A stretch of DNA of 64,000 bases. Source: an uncultured Pseudobdellovibrionaceae bacterium. GTDB lineage: Bacteria > Bdellovibrionota > FAC87 > UBA2466. The notes below the pieces were generated by a model. The model did no database searches. It had not been told where the DNA came from and saw nothing but the letters and a program-made list of their open reading frames with translations. The stretch spans positions 8,964 to 72,963 of the forward strand of contig CAZBJE010000005.1 of assembly GCA_964492125.1 (NCBI GenBank), in the 5' to 3' direction. A program made the position numbers and the translations under genes. Position 1 is the first letter of the stretch; each line of letters starts with the position of its first letter. This document shows, piece by piece, positions 40,121 to 48,718 of the stretch.

Positions 40121-40338
40121 GGGAAAAAGTATAGCAGCCAAGGCTAATTATACGGTGCACCAAAAGATTATGTGCATCCCTACATTTTTTTCTCATGGTT
40201 CCTGCATTTTGTGACGAATGAACTTGTAGATAGAGTCTCTGCTCCTGGGTGATGGAGGTCCGGCATAGGAACCTCCAACCAAGTCGGTAAGGATACCGAC
40301 TTTCGCGCTTAAACGCGGAGGAGTTCAACGGAGGATGT

Positions 40339-41169
40339 ATGGGACTTCGGATAAAAACAAACATTGGGTCGATCGTTGCTCAGCATAAGTTGCATGAGAA
40401 TCGAGAAAAACTCGAGCACACGCAAAATAAGTTGGCTTCGGGAAGCGGTATCGTCAAAGCAAGTGACGATGCAGCCGGCCTGGCAATCTCGGAAGCTTTG
40501 AGGGCGACTAACCGCGCCACGGGGCAGAACTTGAAGAACACGCAGAACGCGTTCTTCATGCTCGCAACCGCGGACAACGCCATCAACGAGATTTCCAACA
40601 TCGTCATCCGCATGAAAGAGCTGGCTGTTCAAGCGGCATCGGATACGAACGGCGATAAGGAGCGTGGTTACTTGAACCACGAATACCAAGCGCTGAAGTT
40701 GGAACTAAACCGAATTTCGGAATCGACCCTCTTTAACGGTCGCCCTCTCCTAAACGGTGAAGGAAAAACAATTTCGATTCAGGTGGGACCGAACAACGTC
40801 TCGGCAATTGACCGAATCCAGATTGGTACCGGATTCCAAATCAATAACGAGAGCCTCGGGTTGGAAGCACTGAGCATCACCAACGTCGAAGACGCAAGAT
40901 TGGCGCTCGACCCGATTGGTCACGCTCTGGAAGTGATTTCAGAAGTGCGCGGGGAAATTGGTGCCGGTGAATCTCGGTTGGAAACAACCACTCGGAGTTT
41001 GATGGTGTATCAAGAGAACATCGCGGGAGCCTACTCTCAGATTCGCGATGCGGATATCGCTCTTGAGACGGCGGAATACGCTAAGTCGAACATCCTCAAC
41101 CAGGCTAGCGTGGCAGTTCTGGCTCAAGCGAACCAAACACCTGCTCTGGCTCTGAAGCTACTACAATAA
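40339..41169 (+). CDS. fliC: Flagellin (short, ~276 aa)
   Basis: The conserved flagellin N-terminus is MGLRIKTNIGSIVAQHKL...LASGSGIVKASDDAAGLAISE and the C-terminus is LNQASVAVLAQANQTPALALKLLQ. A GGAGG RBS lies 6 nt upstream. Confidence 0.85.
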   Translation: MGLRIKTNIGSIVAQHKLHENREKLEHTQNKLASGSGIVKASDDAAGLAISEALRATNRATGQNLKNTQNAFFMLATADNAINEISNIVIRMKELAVQAASDTNGDKERGYLNHEYQALKLELNRISESTLFNGRPLLNGEGKTISIQVGPNNVSAIDRIQIGTGFQINNESLGLEALSITNVEDARLALDPIGHALEVISEVRGEIGAGESRLETTTRSLMVYQENIAGAYSQIRDADIALETAEYAKSNILNQASVAVLAQANQTPALALKLLQ

Positions 41170-41209
41170 TTATCCTCGCAAGAGGAACGAAGTGCCAACC
41201 CAGAAGTTC

Positions 41210-41247
41210 AAACGGCCTGCGTTTAAGCGCGGGCCGTTTTATTTCTG
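41210..41247. terminator. Rho-independent bidirectional terminator between fliC (+) and a small basic-protein gene (-)
   Basis: The stem is AAACGGCC...GGCCGTTT at 41210-41217 and 41232-41239, with internal GCG/CGC pairing. It is followed by TTATTTCT on the plus strand and by a T-rich tract on the minus strand. Confidence 0.6.
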
Positions 41248-41260
41248 GGTTGGCTAGAAA

Positions 41261-41350
41261 CTACTTTTTCTTGCGAGTAGCTTTTTTCTTCGTCGCTTTT
41301 TTAGCGGTTTTCTTAACGGCCTTCTTGGCCTTTGCTTTTTTCTTAGCCAT
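41261..41350 (-). CDS. 29-aa Lys/Ala-rich basic mini-protein (MAKKKAKAKKAVKKTAKKATKKKATRKKK)
   Basis: Not in the ORF track because it is under 60 aa. ATG lies at 41350-41348, with an AGGGGGA RBS and a 4-nt spacer upstream. The TAG stop at 41263-41261 is immediately followed by the bidirectional terminator. Confidence 0.4.
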   Translation of the reverse strand: MAKKKAKAKKAVKKTAKKATKKKATRKKK

Positions 41351-41595
41351 GGTATCCCCCTAGCATGCTGATAAGGTTTTTGCGTTTACGTGATTACGGT
41401 TGTTGCATCTGCGAGCCATTGCTGACTCTTGCTGCCTTCACCACTTTCAAGTTTTACGCAAAACATTTTTTTTATCAAGGATTTATTCAACACTTCCGGC
41501 TATTTTCAGTGTCGAGTCATTTCGATCTCGCAGTATAATAAAAATTATCGTCGATAAATCACCGATCCACTCAATCACTGCGTGAAAGAAAAAAA

Positions 41596-42216
41596 ATGAA
41601 ACTCTTTCGATTATTTTCCGTTTTTTTGGATCGAACGCGCACATTCGCGCGTTTTTGTACAAAAACGAACGCGCAAAACTCACTTCCAGTGGTTTCGGAA
41701 CGCAGTTTGATCGCGGAAGTGATCGCTTCCTACCCTACTTTCGAATCTTTTTTACACACTCGCTTTGCGATCTGTCTCACTGCTGAGGATCGCGCGCTTT
41801 CTTTTGCGCAATTCACCGCCGCCCGCGCGTTACCGCCAGCGCAAATTCTGTTTATGGAATTTCAATTGGGTGAGCGCACCAAAGTGCGCGGCATTTCCGC
41901 GCGCGATCTGAAAACGAGATTGGAAACGCAATCAACTTTGGTGATTTTGGATGTGCGAGAAAGCTGGGAACACAGTTGGGGAACGCTTCCCGGCTCACGC
42001 GCCTTGGATCCGAAAGTACTAAACGAGGCGATGACGCAGTGGCCTAAGAGCACACCAATCGCAGTGGTTTGCCATTTCGGAGTACGGAGTTTGGATGCAG
42101 CAATCTATTTAGGGGATCAGGGATTTGAAGATGTAACGGCACTGACGGGTGGACTCGAAGCATGGAGCCAGGAAGCGGATCCCACCTTCCCCCGATACCC
42201 GGGGCACCCCTGCTGA
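41596..42216 (+). CDS. DUF1858-like redox domain fused to rhodanese-like sulfurtransferase domain
   Basis: The N-terminal half (LIAEVIASYPTFESFLHTRFAICLTAEDRALSFAQF) resembles DUF1858/hybrid-cluster-associated domains. The C-terminal half has a rhodanese pattern (ILDVRESWEH...IAVVCHFGVRS...GGLEAWS) with an active-site Cys in CHFG. The start is uncertain; an in-frame GTG lies at 41689. Confidence 0.6.
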   Translation: MKLFRLFSVFLDRTRTFARFCTKTNAQNSLPVVSERSLIAEVIASYPTFESFLHTRFAICLTAEDRALSFAQFTAARALPPAQILFMEFQLGERTKVRGISARDLKTRLETQSTLVILDVRESWEHSWGTLPGSRALDPKVLNEAMTQWPKSTPIAVVCHFGVRSLDAAIYLGDQGFEDVTALTGGLEAWSQEADPTFPRYPGHPC

Positions 42217-42299
42217 GGAAAGCGGCCGAAAAAGGTAAGCGGAGACAGACCCCTATCGGCGTCTCTCTCCACTTACCAATCTCGAATTCGAATTGCGGG

Positions 42300-42581
42300 T
42301 TAGCTGAGGGCTTTGTGGACAGCGGTGCTCAAGCGAGCAATCCGGCGCGAAGCGCCCCGCATCTTGATCAAGTTCTTATTGGCGGCTTTCATCAAGACGC
42401 TTTGAACTTCATTGAGAGCGCCCATCAGGCCCTCTTTGTTAGCTTTACCACCCGACGCAGCGGAAATTTCCGCGCGGAGTTTTTTCACTACCGTTTTGTA
42501 CCGGGAGCGAAGAGTTACGTTGTGGACCCGACGTTTTTCAGATTGCCGGGCCGCTTTTACTGCAGATTTGTGTCTCGCCAT
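42300..42581 (-). CDS. rpsT: 30S ribosomal protein S20
   Basis: 93 aa with N-terminus MARHKSAVKAARQSEKRR. Basic helical composition is typical of S20. Confidence 0.95.
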   Translation of the reverse strand: MARHKSAVKAARQSEKRRVHNVTLRSRYKTVVKKLRAEISAASGGKANKEGLMGALNEVQSVLMKAANKNLIKMRGASRRIARLSTAVHKALS

Positions 42582-42768
42582 GCGCTCTTTCCTATCTTAA
42601 AGAAGCTCCGCATTCTAGGTAAATCTTCAAAGAAGTCAAAGGGCTAGTAACTGACTGAGGCGTACCCACATGCCCACCGCGTATACACCTTTTTGCCGCT
42701 CAAAACATGTGATTTCAATGCTTTAGCTCGGGCCGAAAGATTGCAGAATACACCTGTAACAACGAACT

Positions 42769-43896
42769 ATGAGCCTGAACAAGCTACAATCCACCCTGCT
42801 TAGCCTCACCTTGATTTTCAGCCTGTCCGCACGCACGGCCCACGCCGACACCACAACCTTTACCCAGACCAATACGGCTCCGCCCTCGCTCAGCGACCTC
42901 CAAGCGGCCGCCAATGAGCAAATGAAGCAGGCCCAGGCCGCGGCAAAAGCCAATGACCGCAAAGATGGCAACGGCGCCGCCCAAGCCATGGCGATCATGG
43001 GTGCCGCCATTGCGGGAGCGAGCTGCATGATGCTCATGAAGGCCGCCCAAGCAGAAGTAGACCCCGCCCGAAAACAAGAATTGATGGCCAAAGCCCTCCA
43101 GCAATGCGCGCAAGCGGCGCAGAGCGCGGGCAACGCCGCCCAAAATGGCGGCAACAAAGACCTTCTCGCTTACGATGATTCACCGAAAATGGATCAACCC
43201 GCGGCGACGACTCCGACGGATTCTTACAAAACGCCGGACACGACGCCGACGCCCATCACGCAGTATGAAGATCCGGCTCCTGAATTCACCACACCAGATA
43301 AAGCGCAGGCGGTAGCCCCTCAAGTTTTCGATCAAGTAGATGTGGCGTCGACTCCAGCGCCTGCAGCGGGCATCACCAAACTGAACCCGATTGGCGACCA
43401 ACTCTCTTTCGACGACAACGCGAAGGGCACCGCCAGCGGCGTCGCCCCGCAAAGTGGCGTAGGAAGCTTTGGCTTTGGCAGCACGGGCGCCGCGAGCGGC
43501 ACCACCGCATCGGCCACCGCCAATGCCATTGAAAGTTTGAAAACCGCTTCGCGGAAAAACAAAAACAATGCGCACGAAGAAAGCGCCTCCGGCTCTGGCG
43601 GCGACTCCCGCTCGTCTTCTGAAAGCGAAGGCGGGTCTGACGTAAACGGAATGCTCGCTAAAATCATGGGCGGCAACAAAGAGGCAGGCGAAGACGGCCA
43701 CGGCGGAGCGCAGATGCCGGACTTGAACGTAGCGCGCGGCAAAGGCCGAGGCCTCGCTTCCGGCACGAAGGTTCCCAATATTTTCGAGTACGCCAGCTAC
43801 CGTATGCATAAGGCGCAAAACGATGGTGAACTCAAGGGCGGCAAACGCGTGAAGCCCGCACCCCACCCGAAGAACGTCGCCTTGGTGAAAAAATGA
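42769..43896 (+). CDS. Secreted Ala/Gln/Thr-rich protein, paralog A of a tandem pair
   Basis: 375 aa with signal peptide MSLNKLQSTLLSLTLIFSLSARTAHA/D. It shares the motifs C-MM(L/M)MK...QQCAQA, LSFDDNAKG and NIFEYASYRMHK with the downstream ORF. Its stop overlaps the next ATG (ATGA). Confidence 0.55.
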   Translation: MSLNKLQSTLLSLTLIFSLSARTAHADTTTFTQTNTAPPSLSDLQAAANEQMKQAQAAAKANDRKDGNGAAQAMAIMGAAIAGASCMMLMKAAQAEVDPARKQELMAKALQQCAQAAQSAGNAAQNGGNKDLLAYDDSPKMDQPAATTPTDSYKTPDTTPTPITQYEDPAPEFTTPDKAQAVAPQVFDQVDVASTPAPAAGITKLNPIGDQLSFDDNAKGTASGVAPQSGVGSFGFGSTGAASGTTASATANAIESLKTASRKNKNNAHEESASGSGGDSRSSSESEGGSDVNGMLAKIMGGNKEAGEDGHGGAQMPDLNVARGKGRGLASGTKVPNIFEYASYRMHKAQNDGELKGGKRVKPAPHPKNVALVKK

Positions 43897-44978
43897 GAAA
43901 CCTGATTCTCCTCATTTTGAGCGCCTGGTGGATAGCCGTACCCGCGCGCGCGGACGAACTTAAGACCACCCAAGAAGGTACTATTACCCCGGCGAAGCCG
44001 CCCAAGCCGCAAGACCGCGGCGAAGCATCTAAGGCCGCTGCCGCCGCAGCAGCAGCGGGTGCCGCCAAGGGCCAAGTGAATTGCATGATGATGATGAATG
44101 AGGCGCGCAAAGAAAGCGGCCAAAGCAAAATCATGATGATGATGCTTGCTAGCCAGCAATGCGCCCAAGCTTCGCAATTGCAAATGAGCGCGACGCAAAA
44201 TAGCAAAAGCCAAAAAGAACTTTCATCCAATGACATCCCGACTCCGGCCACCTTCACCGCGGGCAAAACCGAACTGCAGGCCGACAAAGTGAAAGAAACG
44301 ACCCTTTCCTTTGATGAAAACGCACCGTCACGCGCTCTCGTCGACAAAGGTGAAATTCCGGTGGAAGCCCCCATCGTGGCGGACCTCGGCCCCAAGAAAC
44401 CGGTCGCCGACCCACAGACTCCCGCAGCCGCAAAGCCGGAAGTGCCGTCCTCCACATTGCCTCCGCTCAAACCGGGCTCTTTACAATTTGATGACTCGAA
44501 CAAAAACCCGGCGGGTCCCGTAAACGCGTCGGCCGGCAGCATGCCCTTCGGAATGGGCTCGCAGCCCACTCCGCAAAGTAGCGGCACGGGCAAACAGGAT
44601 TCTGCGTCGGTCGCGAGCGTCTCCGGAGAGGCCGGTGACTTGCCCGCCCCCAAACGCCGCTCCCGCGGTTCGGCGCCCGAGAGCTTCGGCACCGGCGGTG
44701 GCGGTGGCAGCGAGGATGGCGGCGGTAAGGGCGGAGACGAAGCGTTGGACGCCTTGATGGCTCAATTGGGCGGCGCGCCCCCGGAAGAAATGGCCGAAGG
44801 CGGCCCCGGACAAATGTGGAGCGGAGCCGATGCGCCCACCACTAACCCAGCAGACCGCGCGAATATTTTCGAATACGCTACGGTTCGTTTTACAAAACTC
44901 ACCAGCGACAAACGCCTGGGTGGACCGCCGGAGCCCGCGAAAGCGCCGGAGCGATCGCTCGCCAGCGCGAAAAATTAA
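43893..44978 (+). CDS. Secreted Ala/Gln/Pro-rich protein, paralog B of a tandem pair
   Basis: 361 aa with signal peptide MRNLILLILSAWWIAVPARA/DE. Motifs are CMMMMNEARK...QQCAQASQ, LSFDENAPS / LQFDDSNKNPAG and NIFEYATVRFTK. Confidence 0.55.
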   Translation: MRNLILLILSAWWIAVPARADELKTTQEGTITPAKPPKPQDRGEASKAAAAAAAAGAAKGQVNCMMMMNEARKESGQSKIMMMMLASQQCAQASQLQMSATQNSKSQKELSSNDIPTPATFTAGKTELQADKVKETTLSFDENAPSRALVDKGEIPVEAPIVADLGPKKPVADPQTPAAAKPEVPSSTLPPLKPGSLQFDDSNKNPAGPVNASAGSMPFGMGSQPTPQSSGTGKQDSASVASVSGEAGDLPAPKRRSRGSAPESFGTGGGGGSEDGGGKGGDEALDALMAQLGGAPPEEMAEGGPGQMWSGADAPTTNPADRANIFEYATVRFTKLTSDKRLGGPPEPAKAPERSLASAKN

Positions 44979-45117
44979 GAATTCCCCTTCCCGGCCCGCT
45001 GTCTAACAATTTGACACTCCCACTGCCCCTTTTCGCTTTTCACCGGCCTCAATCTCCCATGGCACTGTCCTTGCTCTACCGTCCTTCGGAATTGCGCGTA
45101 AACGGCTCTAGGAGCGT

Positions 45118-46005
45118 TTGCGACGGTGGGGCGGGAAAGACACAGTGGCAGTGGGGTTTAAACGTAGCAGTGGGCGCGTCCGGTGGGTGGCGGTGCTTTG
45201 TGGGCTGATGGCGCAAACACCGGTTTGGGCCGACGGCGAACGCACCATGGCGGCCATCGCGCCGCCTTCCGACGGCACGATTGAACGGCTCATGGATCGC
45301 CCGCGGCCCCGTTCCGATGATTGGTTCTATCAAAACTATTTTTCTCAACCTGACGACGGTATTTCCCGCAATTACCGAAGCGCCTGGCAGTACCACGAAA
45401 TCCAAACCCAGTACGCTCCCAATCAGTCCAGTCCCCACTTCTACTCCATGGGCGCGTTGAACGGGCCCGGCGCTCAATCACCCCTTGAACAAGATGTCCG
45501 CTCTGGATTTGCGCAAGGCGTTTTGCGTCTGCGCCTGGATGCCGCGTTCAAAAACGCGCTGGCGCCCGTGAACGTGCCAGCGGCTGCGCGCCATCGCCTG
45601 GAAACGGTGCAAAGTGGTCTGAACAAAATTAAACATGCCTCGGTGCCTTTGTCGGAAGCGCACGACGCCGCTCGCTTCCAATTGGGGTACGACGTTTTTA
45701 CCGATGCTTCTAAATGTGAACTGGTGACGAGCCGTTGGGGAGCGGGGGTATACCATGCGCGCCTGATTGGCGGGCTTACGGGAGCCGCGGTTCCCACCAA
45801 TGCCCTTGCTCTACGTCTGACGATGTCGGTTTTACCATTGGCCGCAGCCTCCCTGAGCTACCTCCCACAAGGAGGCGCGTTAGAAGCGGCACTCAGTCGC
45901 CAGATTTCTCGTCGGGTTTTGGCGCAGTTTAGCACTTCGCAACCCGTGGCATCCACGGGTCACGCGACCTACGCACTATCACTTGCGATTGGTTTGAACA
46001 ACTAG
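45118..46005 (+). CDS. Hypothetical secreted protein
   Basis: 295 aa. A probable signal peptide lies within VRWVAVLCGLMAQTPVWA/DG. The start is uncertain. Confidence 0.4.
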   Translation: MRRWGGKDTVAVGFKRSSGRVRWVAVLCGLMAQTPVWADGERTMAAIAPPSDGTIERLMDRPRPRSDDWFYQNYFSQPDDGISRNYRSAWQYHEIQTQYAPNQSSPHFYSMGALNGPGAQSPLEQDVRSGFAQGVLRLRLDAAFKNALAPVNVPAAARHRLETVQSGLNKIKHASVPLSEAHDAARFQLGYDVFTDASKCELVTSRWGAGVYHARLIGGLTGAAVPTNALALRLTMSVLPLAAASLSYLPQGGALEAALSRQISRRVLAQFSTSQPVASTGHATYALSLAIGLNN

Positions 46006-46478
46006 CGGTCGTAGACTTCCGCCGTCACTCGCCGTTCCGGCGCGCCTGCTTTTTCTCGCCAGGCGACTTCGATTTGGTTCCGCCCGCGCGAGAGCACAAC
46101 ATAATCCGTTACAAAAGAAGCGTCATAGCCTTGAAAGAAAACAGTCCCTTCAAAACCATTGGTGAGGTTTTTGATCTGTACGCCGTCGAACGTACGCATA
46201 GCGCGCGTCGAAAGATGGCAGAACTTGCCGCGTAGGCGAATGGTGCCGGCTTCGCTCGTGAGCTTCTGAGTAGGTAAGCTGCGTTCCAAACAACCCAAGT
46301 CGGCGGTCATCTTAGAAAGGTCTTCACTATTCGAATGGAAACTGGCGATCTCACGCTCCAGCCCCATGCCCTTGGAGTCATCTACTAATCGGTTAACGGA
46401 GTAACCAAAGCCAGCCGTGGTGATGGTTAGGAAAACAACCATGTCCCAGGGGATCGGCATCCGCGGTACGTACTTCAT
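46002..46478 (-). CDS. Hypothetical membrane-anchored protein (N-terminal TM helix)
   Basis: 158 aa with TM segment MVVFLTITTAGFGYSV. No family is assigned; a GspC/PilP-like role is only a guess. Confidence 0.35.
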   Translation of the reverse strand: MKYVPRMPIPWDMVVFLTITTAGFGYSVNRLVDDSKGMGLEREIASFHSNSEDLSKMTADLGCLERSLPTQKLTSEAGTIRLRGKFCHLSTRAMRTFDGVQIKNLTNGFEGTVFFQGYDASFVTDYVVLSRGRNQIEVAWREKAGAPERRVTAEVYDR

Positions 46479-46646
46479 TCTGCCTCCCGCACAACGCGAC
46501 GAGAGTCGCGCGTCTCATCATTCTAGCAAGACTTAACGCATTGCAGCAATATGCAGGGTTTAGACAGTGAATTGTGAGCGGATTCACTCATTTGACTGGT
46601 TGAAATAATCGAGATCACTTGGTACACCCTCTCTTCACTCACCGAC

Positions 46647-46729
46647 GCCGGAGTGGTGGAATGGTAGACGCGCTGGACTCAAAATCCAGTACTCGCAAGG
46701 GTGTGAGAGTTCGAGTCTCTCCTCCGGCA
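46647..46729 (+). tRNA. tRNA-Leu (anticodon CAA)
   Basis: The 7-bp acceptor stem is GCCGGAG/CTCCGGC with discriminator A. The anticodon stem CTGGA/TCCAG encloses loop CTCAAAA. The variable arm is long (~15 nt). The T-arm is GAGAG-TTCGAGT-CTCTC. CCA is not encoded. Confidence 0.9.
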
Positions 46730-46781
46730 CATTTTCTTAAATAGCTCCCAGATATCGCAAACGCGGAAAGCCAGCCGATTG

Positions 46782-47111
46782 TTATTTGGTCTTTTCGAAA
46801 GCATCCAGTTTACTGATCAAGTCATTCATCGCGGAGTCCACATCGACCGTCGTTTCGTCGCTGCCCAGGCTGCTGCTGCTCAAATTGACGGCCTGGCATC
46901 GGACCCCAGGGTATTTGGCTTTGAGCGAGTTCGCCAAACTGCGAACGCTTGCCACGTCAGAATGAGTGACGTACCCCGCACTGCGGGCCACTTTGTTGTA
47001 GTCCGAGATAAAATCGCTGCTGCAATTATTTGAAAAGCCTTGGTAGCCAGGTCCACCGCAACCGGCCAGCAAAAACAATCCGCAACTCGCCACCAACAAA
47101 CGCTTTGCCAT
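46782..47111 (-). CDS. Small hypothetical lipoprotein
   Basis: 109 aa with N-terminus MAKRLLVASCGLFLLAGCGG (lipobox LAGC). Confidence 0.45.
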   Translation of the reverse strand: MAKRLLVASCGLFLLAGCGGPGYQGFSNNCSSDFISDYNKVARSAGYVTHSDVASVRSLANSLKAKYPGVRCQAVNLSSSSLGSDETTVDVDSAMNDLISKLDAFEKTK

Positions 47112-47256
47112 GGAACCCCCTACAGTTTTGGAAAACGCCGAATATACAGGAAAGAAAATTTCCCGCTAGACTGCGTTATTTGTCACCGGATTGGCCAGGC
47201 AACAAAAAAGGGCACTGCTCTCGACTGACCCAAGCCTAAATCACCTGGCGCGGCCT

Positions 47257-47787
47257 ATGCATTTCACACCGGGTGGAGGACCCGTGCGGGCTTGGTTGTT
47301 ACCCCTTTTTCTTGCGATCTGGATTGGCGGCTGTTCCATGGGAAAAGCTTCCACGACGGAGAGTGGCGCCGTGCTCGACGGACACAACGCCGAACGCGGG
47401 AGTGTAGGAGTGCCCGATCTCACTTGGTCCGACGCCCTCGCCGCCCAAGCCGCTAGCTGGGGATCCGGTTGCCGTTTTGAACATAGCCACGGAAAAACGG
47501 GCGAGAACCTCTACGCCACTTCGCGTTTGAACCTGTCGGATGCCACTGTACTCGCTGACGCGGTGGAGAGTTGGGCGGAAGAAAAATCGGATTACTCTTA
47601 TGGCTCCAACGGATGCAACAGTGGCGCCCAATGCGGCCACTACACTCAAATGATTTGGAAGAGCACGCGACAAGTCGGCTGCGCGGTCATCAGCTGCCCC
47701 AACGGGATGGAAAGCTTCCAAGCCGGCACGCTCGTGGTTTGCGAATACGATCCCCCGGGCAACTACCGCGGCCAACGCCCGTACTAA
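47257..47787 (+). CDS. CAP/SCP/PR-1 domain lipoprotein
   Basis: The start is chosen at MHFTPGGGPVRAWLLPLFLAIWIGGC (lipobox). The CAP signature GHYTQMIW...VGCA and Cys-rich pattern are present. Confidence 0.65.
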   Translation: MHFTPGGGPVRAWLLPLFLAIWIGGCSMGKASTTESGAVLDGHNAERGSVGVPDLTWSDALAAQAASWGSGCRFEHSHGKTGENLYATSRLNLSDATVLADAVESWAEEKSDYSYGSNGCNSGAQCGHYTQMIWKSTRQVGCAVISCPNGMESFQAGTLVVCEYDPPGNYRGQRPY

Positions 47788-47791
47788 CCAC

Positions 47792-48289
47792 CTACTGCAC
47801 TTTGCACGACACCAAAATGGATTTCACATGCGGCGCTGTTTCCCAGGCCGGCCGCGGAGTACCCGCGCGCTCTTCTGTCGTCGCAAAATACATAAAATCC
47901 GGCAACGGATCTTCCGAACACTGCACAATGCCTACTGCCTCGGGACCCGATGCCGAGAAAGAGTGCGTTTGCGCGCTATTGCCACATTGGACCACAAGCG
48001 CCATTTGGCCATCCGCCATCCGAGACGCCGCATACCCAAATCGGCTCCCGCCTTTCTCGAACTCCGGAGTTTCCACGTAGGCTTCGCCATTGGTGAGCAG
48101 AGCGGTCTGTTTGAGATGTTTTTGGGCAGGCACCTTAGCTACGTCATTCCCTACCAAGTAGTAGCCGACCTCGCAGCTGAGGGAAGAATAAACCGGGGCG
48201 GTAACCGCCTGACTCCCTTTGGCGCCCTTTGGGCCACCACAGGCCGCGAGACCAACCGACAAAACCAAACAAATCCAAAAGCGAGTCAT
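47792..48289 (-). CDS. Hypothetical Cys-containing lipoprotein
   Basis: The start is chosen at MTRFWICLVLSVGLAACGG (lipobox LAAC). Confidence 0.45.
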   Translation of the reverse strand: MTRFWICLVLSVGLAACGGPKGAKGSQAVTAPVYSSLSCEVGYYLVGNDVAKVPAQKHLKQTALLTNGEAYVETPEFEKGGSRFGYAASRMADGQMALVVQCGNSAQTHSFSASGPEAVGIVQCSEDPLPDFMYFATTEERAGTPRPAWETAPHVKSILVSCKVQ

Positions 48290-48409
48290 GCAAACTCTCC
48301 TGCGCCTGAAAAAAAACTCTGGCTCAACTAGAGCAACGACGACCCGTCGTGTCAATATCGCCATAAACACGCAACGCGGCTTTGGCTTTGCACCAGAGCA
48401 TGGGTTAGC

Positions 48410-48718
48410 ATGGGCGCTGTGCAGCTACCCAAGGGAATCAAATCCGAAGACATGCGGCTATGGAGGCAAGCGTTTGGGTTGTGGTTCACCAAAGCCACTC
48501 GGGTTGCCGTCGTCATGGCGCGCGGAGCGTACTGGTTGGGAGAGCGCAAGCGGTTGCTCACGCAGATGGGAAGCCAAGCCTTCGAGCAAGTAAAACAGGG
48601 CTCGCTCGATGCCACTTCCCTCGAACCACTTGCGCGGCAGCTGCAGCGGCTCGACGAAAAACTCAAAGCAGAAGAAAAGCTTATCCAAGAAATCAAACGG
48701 GGGCCTTATGAAGGGTGA
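48410..48718 (+). CDS. Hypothetical small protein
   Basis: 102-aa ORF upstream of and overlapping the acyl-CoA dehydrogenase start by 11 nt. It has helical K/E-rich composition and no homology evidence. Confidence 0.25.
   Translation: MGAVQLPKGIKSEDMRLWRQAFGLWFTKATRVAVVMARGAYWLGERKRLLTQMGSQAFEQVKQGSLDATSLEPLARQLQRLDEKLKAEEKLIQEIKRGPYEG

Noticed and set aside
43180-44692. Long minus-strand ORFs (228, 148, 138 and 286 aa) opposite the tandem secreted-protein genes
   Set aside because: They are antisense frames of Ala/Gln-rich coding DNA, which is GC-rich at codon position 3. They are Arg/Gly/Ala-rich and lack signal or start context. The plus-strand genes have signal peptides and paralog conservation.
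46647-46729. Looked for an integrase or genomic island hallmarks adjacent to tRNA-Leu
   Set aside because: No integrase, recombinase or direct repeat of the tRNA 3' end is visible in the flanking 5 kb.
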